Shown one piece after another: positions 55,800 through 64,000 of a DNA stretch of 64,000 nucleotides (position 1 is its first letter; each line of letters opens with the position of its first letter). Location: positions 3,114-67,113 of the forward strand of contig CAWUIP010000001.1 in NCBI GenBank assembly GCA_963922415.1, given 5' to 3'. Source of the DNA: an uncultured Aliishimia sp. (GTDB lineage Bacteria > Pseudomonadota > Alphaproteobacteria > Rhodobacterales > Rhodobacteraceae). The position numbers and the translations under genes are program-made. The notes below the pieces were generated by a model. The model worked only from the letters and a program-made list of their open reading frames with translations. It did no database searches and had not been told where the DNA came from.

Positions 55800-56611
55800 G
55801 CGCCCGCCTTTCTATTAGCCATTCCTGATAGGATGCGGGACATGATCCGCACGCGCAACGGCCGCGGTGTCATGGCCATGTTGTACCCCAGCACTTTGGA
55901 CAACAGGCCTGGGCGGATCGTCCCGCTGGAGCCCAATGCGCGCACAATACCTTTTGCGACACTTTCAGGGGTGCCAGCCTGTCCCATGGTCATATCCGCA
56001 CGGTCAGAGAACCCGCTGGCGATGGGTCCGGGGGCAACTGAGAGAACATTCACGCCCGAGGGTGCCAGCTCGATCCGCAAACCTTCGGCAAGGGTCTGCA
56101 CATAGGCTTTCGTGGCCGAATAGTTGGCCGTCATCGCATTGCCTTGGAACCCAAGAAGCGAGCCGAATAAGACGATATCGCCAGAGCCGCGTCGCTTCAT
56201 GCCTTGCGCAAGCCAATGGCTTAACCGCAGTACCGCTTCGCAGTTTACGTGCAGCATGTTGATCTCGTTTTCGATATGCACGTCGGCAAGATGCCCGGTC
56301 GCGCCAAAGCCAGCCGCGAGCACGGCGATGTCGGGTAGGCGCCCGGCGCCCTCCGGCGAACTAACCCAATCGATCAAAGCGCCTACGCCTTCGGCGGTTG
56401 CCAAGTCTTGGGCGAGGAGCCGCACGGAAACACCGTGTTTTGTCTCCAGATCCTTGGCTAGCGCGACAAGCTTGTCGCGGCGTCGGGCACACAGCAGCAG
56501 GTTGTTTCCTTTTTCGGCGAGGCTCCGCGCTGTCGCTGCACCGATGCCGTCAGAGGCCCCGGTTACCAGAGCCCAAGGTCCAGAATTAGCTGTGGTTGCG
56601 GAATTACTCAT
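55796..56611 (-). CDS. SDR-family oxidoreductase (copy 1)
   Basis: TGASDGIG cofactor motif and YSATKAY catalytic motif. Starts 1 nt after the DUF2141 copy 1 stop. Confidence 0.85.
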   Translation of the reverse strand: MSNSATTANSGPWALVTGASDGIGAATARSLAEKGNNLLLCARRRDKLVALAKDLETKHGVSVRLLAQDLATAEGVGALIDWVSSPEGAGRLPDIAVLAAGFGATGHLADVHIENEINMLHVNCEAVLRLSHWLAQGMKRRGSGDIVLFGSLLGFQGNAMTANYSATKAYVQTLAEGLRIELAPSGVNVLSVAPGPIASGFSDRADMTMGQAGTPESVAKGIVRALGSSGTIRPGLLSKVLGYNMAMTPRPLRVRIMSRILSGMANRKAGA

Positions 56612-56612
56612 C

Positions 56613-57038
56613 TCATTTCACCTCAATTTGGAGACTGACGCCGGCTTTGGTCACAGCAAAGGATGCTTCGTTAAATCGGGGCGCCCGAAGACGTGGGCGC
56701 ACGTTCCGTGACACACCCCAGGCTTCTTGTGGGAGGCCAAGGGCGTTGGTGTCTACAATCCGATTTCCGTTCATGTCGTGGGCGATTGCCACAGCATAAG
56801 AGCCCGGCACAACATCATTGAAAGTGCAGATCGCGCTTTGCTGGGACGGCCTCACCCAGATTTGCTGCGCGCCACTTTGGCCCATGGGGAAATCAGAACT
56901 CGGGGTGTGAAGAGTGCAGCCAATTTGGCCGCTGTTTGCGGCAAGACCGGTTACCTGAACCCGAACAACTTCCGCCGCGGCCAGGCTGGAAAGCAACGAA
57001 AGTGCCGTCGCGACGGCGAGATCTAAAGGTTTTATCAT
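56613..57038 (-). CDS. DUF2141 domain secreted protein (copy 1)
   Basis: Signal peptide MIKPLDLAVATALSLLSSLAAA. Motifs HDMNGNRIVDTNALGLPQEAWGVS and VRPRLRAPRFNEASF. Confidence 0.7.
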   Translation of the reverse strand: MIKPLDLAVATALSLLSSLAAAEVVRVQVTGLAANSGQIGCTLHTPSSDFPMGQSGAQQIWVRPSQQSAICTFNDVVPGSYAVAIAHDMNGNRIVDTNALGLPQEAWGVSRNVRPRLRAPRFNEASFAVTKAGVSLQIEVK

Positions 57039-57053
57039 AGGGAGTCTCCAGTG

Positions 57054-57103
57054 GTAGACGCTGTCTACTAAGAAAAGTAGCGCTCTGGTTGACGCTGTCA
57101 ACC
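57054..57103. promoter_or_regulatory. Two related palindromes (candidate TetR operators) in the divergent DUF2141/TetR promoter
   Basis: GTAGACGCTGTCTAC (57054-57068) and GGTTGACGCTGTCAACC (57087-57103). Shared consensus GTWGAC-GCT-GTCWAC, centres 34 bp apart. Confidence 0.5.
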
Positions 57104-57122
57104 TGCTGCAGTATTTTTCAGT

Positions 57123-57791
57123 ATGCCCGACCAAATTGCTGAAAATCCTGAAAGACCCTCGGCCCAGACATTGGGAGAGAAGTGTCTAGAAGCGGCTTTG
57201 GGTGCCATCGGCGAGAAGGGCGTGGAACAACTGAGTCTCCGCGATATCGCGCGTCGCTTGGGTGTCAGTCACCAAGCGCCCTACAAACACTTTGCGTCGC
57301 GTGATGATCTGCTTGCTGAAGTGATCCGCCGATGCTTGCAAGACTTTGCCACGGCGCTTCAAGACAGTGAACGCGACGAAGAGGGCGAGCGCCTGCCGCC
57401 CCGGGACGCGATGTTGAGCCTGGGGCAAACCTATTTGGGCTATGCATTGTCAAAACCTTTGGAGTACCGGCTGATGTTCGGAACTGCATGGCCCAGCGTA
57501 GCCAGAGACCGAAAGCTGGATAAAGACGCGCGCGCGGCCTTTGATGTTCTGAAGGCGCGTCTCGGGGCAATTCGGCCATTGTCTCCCGCCGAAGCCCTGG
57601 AAAATGATGCAATGTTCGTCTGGTCGACGATGCATGGACTTGCGAGCATTCTTCAAAGCGAAGCGATGACCTATCTTGGCGTCGAGAAGGCGCGAGAAGA
57701 GGCAATGGCGCACTACGTCATGGGATGCGTGGATCAAACGCTGCGCAGTCTTGGCTATGATGCGCCCCAACCGGTGGGCCCAAGCCCTTAA
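57123..57791 (+). CDS. TetR/AcrR-family transcriptional regulator (1)
   Basis: N-terminal HTH LSLRDIARRLGVSHQAPYKHF. 222 aa. Confidence 0.85.
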   Translation: MPDQIAENPERPSAQTLGEKCLEAALGAIGEKGVEQLSLRDIARRLGVSHQAPYKHFASRDDLLAEVIRRCLQDFATALQDSERDEEGERLPPRDAMLSLGQTYLGYALSKPLEYRLMFGTAWPSVARDRKLDKDARAAFDVLKARLGAIRPLSPAEALENDAMFVWSTMHGLASILQSEAMTYLGVEKAREEAMAHYVMGCVDQTLRSLGYDAPQPVGPSP

Positions 57792-57796
57792 ACCGC

Positions 57797-58408
57797 TCAG
57801 GGTTGCCTCGCACCCGAAAGAACCGCCAAGACGGCAAATCGCAGCTTTTGTCGCACCGCTTTGTCTTGATCCATTTTGAGAGCCACAAAACCGTGCGTTA
57901 CAGCCCATACCGCCGTCGAGGTGTTTTCGACCAACGCATCATTTTCTTGTAAATCCAGAGAATTGGCGACGGCCTGACGCAGTTTCATGCGCAACGCGCC
58001 CCGTGCATCAAAGAGCGATTGATCATCAGCGTTAAGTGCATCCCATCGGAACAGAACCGAAGCCGTACCAGGTTCTTCTGAATAGTACTTCAGGTAGGCT
58101 TCGCAGATCGCCACGAGGCCGTCCGTGGCAGTGTTCTGCGCGTGAACCGCGTTATCAAATCGATCACATAGGTCCTGGAACCCCTTTATTGCAACAGCTG
58201 TCAGAAGCCCCGCGATATTGCCGAAATGATGACCTGGCGCTGCGACTGCAACGTCTGCGCGCCGCGCAACTTCGCGCAGGCTGAATCCCTCTGGTCCGCG
58301 TTCGTTCAACACGTCAATTGCGCTTTCCAATAGGACCACGGGCAAATTGCCGTGGTGGTAAGCTGTCCGTTTCGCCTGTGGCATACGATCCTCATTTTTT
58401 TCGATCAT
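57797..58408 (-). CDS. TetR/AcrR-family transcriptional regulator (2)
   Basis: HTH FSLREVARRADVAVAAPGHHF. Convergent with TetR 1 across a 5-bp gap. Confidence 0.85.
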   Translation of the reverse strand: MIEKNEDRMPQAKRTAYHHGNLPVVLLESAIDVLNERGPEGFSLREVARRADVAVAAPGHHFGNIAGLLTAVAIKGFQDLCDRFDNAVHAQNTATDGLVAICEAYLKYYSEEPGTASVLFRWDALNADDQSLFDARGALRMKLRQAVANSLDLQENDALVENTSTAVWAVTHGFVALKMDQDKAVRQKLRFAVLAVLSGARQP

Positions 58409-58501
58409 ACGGCTTGATTTATACGTTGTCCAGATTCTATACAGTGTTCAGAATCAGAACGGTGTTCGCTTTCTAATCAGCGTATAAATGGAGGTCCGGA
58501 A

Positions 58502-59323
58502 ATGACTGATGCATCGGGACGCGGCAAAGCGAAGGTGGCCCTTGTCACAGGCGCAAGCCAAGGGATTGGCCGCAACATTGCTGATACGCTTGCGCGATCC
58601 GGTTACCGTGTTTTCGGCACCAGCCGCTCAAGCCATTCAAATCGCTCTGGCGTTGACATGCGCGTGCTGGACTTTCGGGACCCACTGTCGATCCAAGACT
58701 GTGTTGATCAGGTCGAGGTTTCGGCTGGAAAGATCGACCTTGTGGTCAACAACGCGGGTTTGACGGTTGTTGCACCGGCTGAAGAGCTTCCTCCGTATCT
58801 GGCAGAGGACATGATGGCCGTGAACTTCTTCGGCCCCGGGCGCCTGGTAAACGCAGTGCTGCCCGGGATGCGCAATCGCAAGTCCGGCCACTTTATTTTT
58901 ATCAGCTCGCTGGGCGGTCTTATGGGCGTGCCTGGGCAAGGGTACTACTGTGCGACCAAGCATGCACTCGAAGGGTATGCTGACGGCCTGGCCGCAGAGA
59001 TAAAGAGCTTTGGCATCGACGTGACCCTGCTGGAACCTGGCTCCTTCGAGACGAACATCATTTCGAAGTCCCCGGAACCTGATTGGCCAACATTGGAAGC
59101 TTATGACGGCACCCGCGAACGTTTGCGGGAAGTGATCACGCAAGACACTGAAAAAGGCGGAGATCCCCAACTTGTCGCTGATGTTGTGCTGCGCGCCGCA
59201 AGCGCGGCCCGTCCGGGGTTGAGATATCGCGTCGATGCGGATGGCAAGCGGGCGGTCTTTTTCAAGTCGCTTCTTCCGGAACGCACATTCTACTCAATCG
59301 TCGCCAAGCGGTTCGGCATGTAA
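58502..59323 (+). CDS. SDR-family oxidoreductase (copy 2)
   Basis: TGASQGIG, NNAG and YCATKHA motifs. Confidence 0.88.
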   Translation: MTDASGRGKAKVALVTGASQGIGRNIADTLARSGYRVFGTSRSSHSNRSGVDMRVLDFRDPLSIQDCVDQVEVSAGKIDLVVNNAGLTVVAPAEELPPYLAEDMMAVNFFGPGRLVNAVLPGMRNRKSGHFIFISSLGGLMGVPGQGYYCATKHALEGYADGLAAEIKSFGIDVTLLEPGSFETNIISKSPEPDWPTLEAYDGTRERLREVITQDTEKGGDPQLVADVVLRAASAARPGLRYRVDADGKRAVFFKSLLPERTFYSIVAKRFGM

Positions 59324-59413
59324 TCGACCGGACTGAAGGACCGAAGGCATCCGTCTTTCTTAGCACCAGACGATTCCGCCAAACGTCAGAGGACCATCCA
59401 AAAGGAGATCCCC

Positions 59414-59854
59414 ATGAACTCAGTTTTAAAGCTCTCCCCACACGTCGTGACAGCGGCGGCCTGTCTGGTGCACTGGGGCACCGGTGCCACTGCCGGGGAT
59501 CTAACGGTCACCGTTTCGGGAGTTAAAGGTACCCAAGGTGTGGTCGTCTGTGTCTTGCACGCTGGCAGCGCGAGCTTTCCCAATGGGAACGGCAGCGAAG
59601 TTGTAACAACCGTTGCACCCGATCCCGCAGGCGTCACGTGCGTTTTCCCGGACGTCACTCCAGGGCAATATACGGTCGCCGCAATGCATGACACCAACGG
59701 CAACGGGCAACCCGACACGAACGCCCTCGGCATTCCGTCAGAGCCTTGGGGGATGTCAAACGGCGTCCGTCCACGGCTACGCGCCCCCCGTTTTGATGAG
59801 GCGTCCTTCCCCGTTACCGATCAAGGCGGCCGCCTCACCATCACTGTCAAATAA
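59414..59854 (+). CDS. DUF2141 domain secreted protein (copy 2)
   Basis: Paralog of 56613-57038. HDTNGNGQPDTNALGIPSEPWGMS and the near-identical VRPRLRAPRFDEASF. AAAGGAG SD. Confidence 0.7.
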   Translation: MNSVLKLSPHVVTAAACLVHWGTGATAGDLTVTVSGVKGTQGVVVCVLHAGSASFPNGNGSEVVTTVAPDPAGVTCVFPDVTPGQYTVAAMHDTNGNGQPDTNALGIPSEPWGMSNGVRPRLRAPRFDEASFPVTDQGGRLTITVK

Positions 59855-59886
59855 CCAATGATCCTCATCCCTAAAGGAGACCCAAG

Positions 59887-60288
59887 ATGAGACGAGCCCT
59901 ACAAATCACGATGTTAGTCGTGGCCTCGGTGCCGCTGATGCTTGGCATTATGAATCTGATCGGCGGCGCTGGTGCCTTTGTCCCGCCCGAACATATCAAC
60001 GCGAATCTGGACAATATGCTGCGCTTCTATGCGGTTTGGTTCACGCTCGTCTTTTTCCTGACGATCTGGTGCGTCCGCAACTTGGATATCGCCGGTCCCG
60101 TGATGCTGATCATGTTCTGCACCATGGCGCTTGGTGGCGTCGCGCGGATCTTCTCGATGACGCAAGTTGGGTTGCCTGATGTTCCGATGCTCGTCGCCAC
60201 AGGCGTTGAAATCGGCGTTTTGGCCTTTATTCCCTGGCACGCTGCTGTCATGCGCCAGTCCCGCCAGGCTGCGGTTGCGGCAGAGTAA
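59887..60288 (+). CDS. Small 4-TM membrane protein (DUF4345-like)
   Basis: 133 aa with four hydrophobic helices. AAGGAG SD. The family assignment is tentative. Confidence 0.5.
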   Translation: MRRALQITMLVVASVPLMLGIMNLIGGAGAFVPPEHINANLDNMLRFYAVWFTLVFFLTIWCVRNLDIAGPVMLIMFCTMALGGVARIFSMTQVGLPDVPMLVATGVEIGVLAFIPWHAAVMRQSRQAAVAAE

Positions 60289-60293
60289 GCCCC

Positions 60294-61544
60294 ATGACCT
60301 CGCGCCTCCCGATTTTTCTGGTCGTTGCCACTGTCGCGATGAATGCTTTGGGCATCGGGATCATACTCCCGGTGATGCCCCAACTCCTTGTGGAGATGGG
60401 GCAGCCCGACATTGCCAGCGCCGCCGCGATTGGGGGGTTCTTGTCGCTCGCCTTTGCAGGAATGCAGGTGCTTTTTGGTCCGTTGCTTGGGGCATTGTCC
60501 GATCAATATGGTCGCAAACCGATCTTGATCGGGTCCATGGCCATCACGGGATTTGACTATGTGATCCTTGCCGTGTCGCCGGTGCTTTGGCTGTTTTTTG
60601 TTGCGCGGCTTGTTTCGGGCACGACGTCAGCCACCTTTTCGGTCGCCAATGCGATCCTGGCTGACGTTACTCCCCCCGAGAAACGCGCCGCGCAGTTCGG
60701 GTTAACCGGGGGCGCTTTTGGCCTTGGCTTTGTCTTGGGCCCGGTGATGGGCGGCCTATTGGGCGAACTTGGTCCCCGGGCACCATTTTGGGCAGCGGCT
60801 GTGCTGTGCTTTCTGGCGGCGACCCTCTGCGCCCTCGTTTTGCCTGAGACCTTGAACAAAGCAAAACGCCGCCCTGTTCGGCTGCGTGATGCCATTCCCT
60901 TTGCCGCTTTCCTAAAACTTCGCCACAAACGCAGCATTTTGCCCTTGGTCCGCGTGAACTTCGTCGATGCGCTTGCGGGCATGGTCTATCCCGCAGTTTG
61001 GGCCTATTTCGCGATTGCCCAGTTTGGCTGGGGACCGGCGATGGTCGGTTGGTCACTTGCGGCTTACGGCCTTTGCTTTGCCGCAGTCCAGGCCGGGCTG
61101 ATCCGCGTTTTCATAAGCCGACTAGGTGAAGCGCGAACGGCCCTATTCGGCCTGTCAGCGGGTGTCGTTGGATTTGTGATCCTTAGCGGGCTGAGCTCTG
61201 GCATGTGGGCCTTTCTATTGACCCCGCTCTTTGCTGCGCGCGCGGTGTCTGCGACCGCGCTGTCGGGCCTGATGTCGCAGCGCACTGGTGAAGACGCACA
61301 GGGCGAACTTCAAGGGATACTGGCGGCCGTCACGGGGGCGTCAACGCTGATTGCAATTCCCCTGCTGACGTCTGTGTTCGCCTTCGCGAACGCGCCCGAG
61401 CGTTCGAACCCCTGGCCGGGGGCGCCATTTGCCGTGGCTGCGATTTTCTCAGTCTCCGGTCTTATCATGCTGATCCTGTCTTTGCGGACGGGGACAGATA
61501 ATTCAGCTCTCAAGAAAGAAGAAGCTTACGCCAATGTCCCATGA
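60294..61544 (+). CDS. MFS transporter (TCR/Tet-like drug:H+ antiporter family)
   Basis: 12 predicted TM helices and an MFS motif A-like GALSDQYGRKPIL. Confidence 0.88.
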   Translation: MTSRLPIFLVVATVAMNALGIGIILPVMPQLLVEMGQPDIASAAAIGGFLSLAFAGMQVLFGPLLGALSDQYGRKPILIGSMAITGFDYVILAVSPVLWLFFVARLVSGTTSATFSVANAILADVTPPEKRAAQFGLTGGAFGLGFVLGPVMGGLLGELGPRAPFWAAAVLCFLAATLCALVLPETLNKAKRRPVRLRDAIPFAAFLKLRHKRSILPLVRVNFVDALAGMVYPAVWAYFAIAQFGWGPAMVGWSLAAYGLCFAAVQAGLIRVFISRLGEARTALFGLSAGVVGFVILSGLSSGMWAFLLTPLFAARAVSATALSGLMSQRTGEDAQGELQGILAAVTGASTLIAIPLLTSVFAFANAPERSNPWPGAPFAVAAIFSVSGLIMLILSLRTGTDNSALKKEEAYANVP

Positions 61545-62136
61545 GATTCATCTGTACCACTGCCCCGGCACAAGATCCGACCGTGTGAAGTTACTGCTGA
61601 ACATGTTGGAGCTTCCCTATACGGAAACTCTGATCGACCAAGCGGCAGGCGGGCACAAAAACCCACAGTATTTGAAGATCAATCCATTCGGGAAATTGCC
61701 AGGGCTGACGCTAGACGGGCAGCTTGTTGTCGAGAGCGCGGCACAGATGTTGCTGATCGCGGACATCGATCCTGAACACCGGATGGCTCCTCGCCCCGGT
61801 GTTCCAGCTCGGGCAGCTTATGTCCAATGGCTTGTTGCAACTCCGACCAGCATAGAGCCGATGGTCATGCCGGCACTCAGCCGCATGCCCATCCCCGGAG
61901 CAAAGAAGAACTTCAAGAAGGCGCTAGAGATCCAAACGGCTCTTTATCAGGGGCCGTATCTTGCTGGACCGAAGCTTACAGCGGCAGATATCTTCTTGCA
62001 TTGGGGCCTGCGCTTTGTGCATCGCTTGGGCCTCTTGGACCAAGATCCGCTTTGGCTTGACTACGCAGAGCGTCTCAACGCTGAGCTTGACTGGCAGGGG
62101 CTCAACGCACCGCAGACGGCGGAGGCGGCACAATGA
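61534..62136 (+). CDS. Glutathione S-transferase family protein
   Basis: 200 aa with a thioredoxin-like N-domain (NPFGKLPGL...ESAAQ) and a helical C-domain. Confidence 0.8.
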   Translation: MSHEIHLYHCPGTRSDRVKLLLNMLELPYTETLIDQAAGGHKNPQYLKINPFGKLPGLTLDGQLVVESAAQMLLIADIDPEHRMAPRPGVPARAAYVQWLVATPTSIEPMVMPALSRMPIPGAKKNFKKALEIQTALYQGPYLAGPKLTAADIFLHWGLRFVHRLGLLDQDPLWLDYAERLNAELDWQGLNAPQTAEAAQ

Positions 62137-62540
62137 CCCCCGAACTTTCGATACCCGTCGGGGCACTGATCCTTCTGACATTTGTGCAGACAATGCTGCC
62201 CGCGACCGTGCGCTGGTTCTTCTCTAACTATGCGGACGGAACGAAGCCCACCTTGTTCGAAGCCATGGGCCCAAGGGATCGCGCGCCGCACATGACCTCT
62301 CGATTTGGGCAACGCGCTGAACGGGCGATGGCAAATCAAATCGAAGCCTTGGCGATGTTTGCGCCGGCGCTGGCGCTGGTTGCCGCCATGCAGAGCGCGC
62401 CTCTTTGGGCTGTTTGGCTCTTTGTCGGAGCGCGGACGATTTACGTCCCAGCGTATCTGTTTGGCATTTTTGGTCTGCGGTCTGCGGCGTGGACAGCCGG
62501 TTTGGTCGCGACCGTGCTCACGTGGGCTGCGGCGCTTTGA
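62133..62540 (+). CDS. MAPEG-family membrane protein
   Basis: 135 aa with 4 TM helices and a RAMANQIEALAMF-type motif. ATGA overlap with the GST gene. Confidence 0.7.
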   Translation: MTPELSIPVGALILLTFVQTMLPATVRWFFSNYADGTKPTLFEAMGPRDRAPHMTSRFGQRAERAMANQIEALAMFAPALALVAAMQSAPLWAVWLFVGARTIYVPAYLFGIFGLRSAAWTAGLVATVLTWAAAL

Positions 62541-62582
62541 ATGAACAATACCCTCTAAATCTACCTGCGAGGAAATTGGAAG

Positions 62583-63350
62583 ATGGACTTCAAATCTAAG
62601 AAAATCGTTATCACTGGAGGGAGTATCGGTATCGGCAAACAGCTTGCCGTAGACCTCAAAGCCCGCGGGGCAGAAGTTCTGATTTGCGCACGCAACGAAG
62701 ACAAACTGGCCGAAATCGCCGCCCTTCACCCCGATATTCACACGGTTGTTTGTGATGTTCGCAAAGACGCCGATGTAGAGGCCCTGCACAAAGCTGCTTT
62801 GGAAAAGCTTGGGTCGGTAGATGTCCTCTTTAACAACGCGGCTTTGTTTCGTCAGTTGGACTTAATGTCGGATACCTCCGCGGCGCAAGACTGGATGGAC
62901 GAGATCGATGTCAATGTGAACGGGACCCTTCGTGTCACACACGCGTTTTTGCCGGATTTGCGGAAGGCGCCGCAGGCGACTATTGTCAATTTCACTTCGG
63001 GCTTGGCCTATGCGCCGGTCGCAGATGCGCCGGTATATAGCGCGTCAAAGGCGGCTCTCGCCTCTTGGACGCAATCTCTGCGCTTCCAGCTCCGAAAAAC
63101 AAACGTCAGTGTAATCGAGGTCAGCCCACCGGTTGTGGACACCCGAATGAACCAAAATAATCCCAGCTCTGAAGGCAGAAAGAAGTGGAGCACAGCGGAT
63201 TTCTGCAAGGTCGTGCTTGACCAGTTTGCGAAGGATCCGACGCGCGACATCCTTGTTGGGGATGGCAAAGCTGCCAAAACAATGGCGAGGATCGCGCCAG
63301 GCTTTACCTTCCGCATGATGAACCCGGCCGAAGGTCGCTCAAAGGCTTAA
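62583..63350 (+). CDS. SDR-family oxidoreductase (copy 3)
   Basis: TGGSIGIG, NNAA and YSASKAA motifs. Confidence 0.88.
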   Translation: MDFKSKKIVITGGSIGIGKQLAVDLKARGAEVLICARNEDKLAEIAALHPDIHTVVCDVRKDADVEALHKAALEKLGSVDVLFNNAALFRQLDLMSDTSAAQDWMDEIDVNVNGTLRVTHAFLPDLRKAPQATIVNFTSGLAYAPVADAPVYSASKAALASWTQSLRFQLRKTNVSVIEVSPPVVDTRMNQNNPSSEGRKKWSTADFCKVVLDQFAKDPTRDILVGDGKAAKTMARIAPGFTFRMMNPAEGRSKA

Positions 63351-63678
63351 GCCTCAGTTCAGCATCGCTCGTCATGAACGGTGTCGCTTCTGGCTAGGGC
63401 CAAAGTGGCAAGCTAACGCAGGAGCGGACACTCGTGCACTCTGAAGAGAAAGCCTTGCGCGAACCAGAATTACGCGAACGCTAACGACACCCTTGTGAAC
63501 GGTCTCAAAACCATCGAGATGAGGAAGTCTCCGGCACAACCAAGAGATAGACTTTATTTACATAAGATAGACTCTACGCCGTTTGGCAACGTTCGCTTTC
63601 GGAAAGCTGCGCCGCGGCATCGCAGGCGGCAACCGGCGTCAGCTTTGGGCCGAGACTGCCGAATTCGCTTTCAGCTGC

Positions 63679-63700
63679 GCCCGCCTCCTTCGAGGCGGGC
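63679..63700 (-). terminator. GC-rich hairpin just downstream of the edge-truncated minus-strand gene
   Basis: GCCCGCCTC-CTTC-GAGGCGGGC, a perfect 9-bp stem 8 nt after the stop at 63708. No clear U-tract. Confidence 0.4.
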
Positions 63701-63707
63701 GGTTAGC

Positions 63708-64000
63708 TCATGTTTTCCCTAGAAGCTCGGTGCCATCCGGAGGGCTGAGCTGGGATTGCCTGAACTCAGCGTCTTCTTTCTCCCGTTCTTGAACGGCCCA
63801 AGCGTGTCTCGCACGCAGCCCCTCAAGTTCTTTTTCGAACTCTTCCATGCTGAGCCGTGGTGGCGCGATCAGTCCCCGCATTTGAACTTTCGGTACGTCG
63901 GGCTGGTAGCGGTCGCGGATCCAGTCGAGGAACTTTTTGAACCCCAGCTCGCCGCCGAGCGCCCGCGCCTGCAGGCGTTTAATGAGCAATGCGATCGTGT
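63708..64000 (-). CDS. C-terminal part of an unidentified protein; the ORF stays open to the window edge
   Basis: The frame remains open upstream of the TTG listed at 63989 (..TIALLIKRLQARALGG..). No recognised motif. The N-terminus lies outside the window. Confidence 0.35.
   Translation of the reverse strand, partial: TIALLIKRLQARALGGELGFKKFLDWIRDRYQPDVPKVQMRGLIAPPRLSMEEFEKELEGLRARHAWAVQEREKEDAEFRQSQLSPPDGTELLGKT

Noticed and set aside
1-64000. CRISPR arrays, rRNA genes, IS elements with terminal inverted repeats, and recognisable defence genes (restriction-modification, Cas, TIR/SIR2, abortive infection)
   Set aside because: None was seen. No regularly spaced repeats, no transposase-like ORFs and no nuclease or ATPase defence-type domains appear in any of the listed ORFs.

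Overview
High-GC alphaproteobacterial chromosome segment. I infer Rhodobacteraceae (roseobacter-like) from gene content: dmdA-acuI, a two-piece tmRNA with an ANDNRAPVALAA tag, a DUF1476 zeta-type protein and a split MetH. From 1 to about 42.8 kb the window is densely packed core genome. It holds purine biosynthesis genes (purMN, purCSQ), RNase D, RNase E, SufE, a split B12-dependent methionine-synthase cluster, an MprF-like lipid synthase, a DctBD-like two-component pair, TusA/CcdA, a lipase-like membrane protein coupled to an orphan P450, class I aldolase, fumC, SspB, ssrA, a GntR-headed DMSP-demethylation locus, photolyase plus a cfa-like methyltransferase, cysK and an MscS-family channel. 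A tRNA-Ser(GGA) at 42811-42900 is followed directly by a translationally coupled DUF3489-DUF2924-large serine recombinase module. Accessory-looking DNA then runs to the window end. It contains a LacI-controlled carbohydrate ABC locus with a single-domain GH32/68-like enzyme and three oxidoreductases, followed by a mirror-duplicated SDR + DUF2141 + TetR module extended by MFS/GST/MAPEG genes. I found no CRISPR array, rRNA or recognisable defence genes. The best candidates for undescribed biology are the mirrored DUF2141 module with its twin palindromic operators, the alpha/beta-hydrolase-like membrane protein coupled to P450, the DUF2182-DUF1326-DinB genes inserted between the GntR gene and dmdA, and the recombinase-bounded region. 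Every functional call comes from reading motifs and recalling families by eye. No searches or computations were run.
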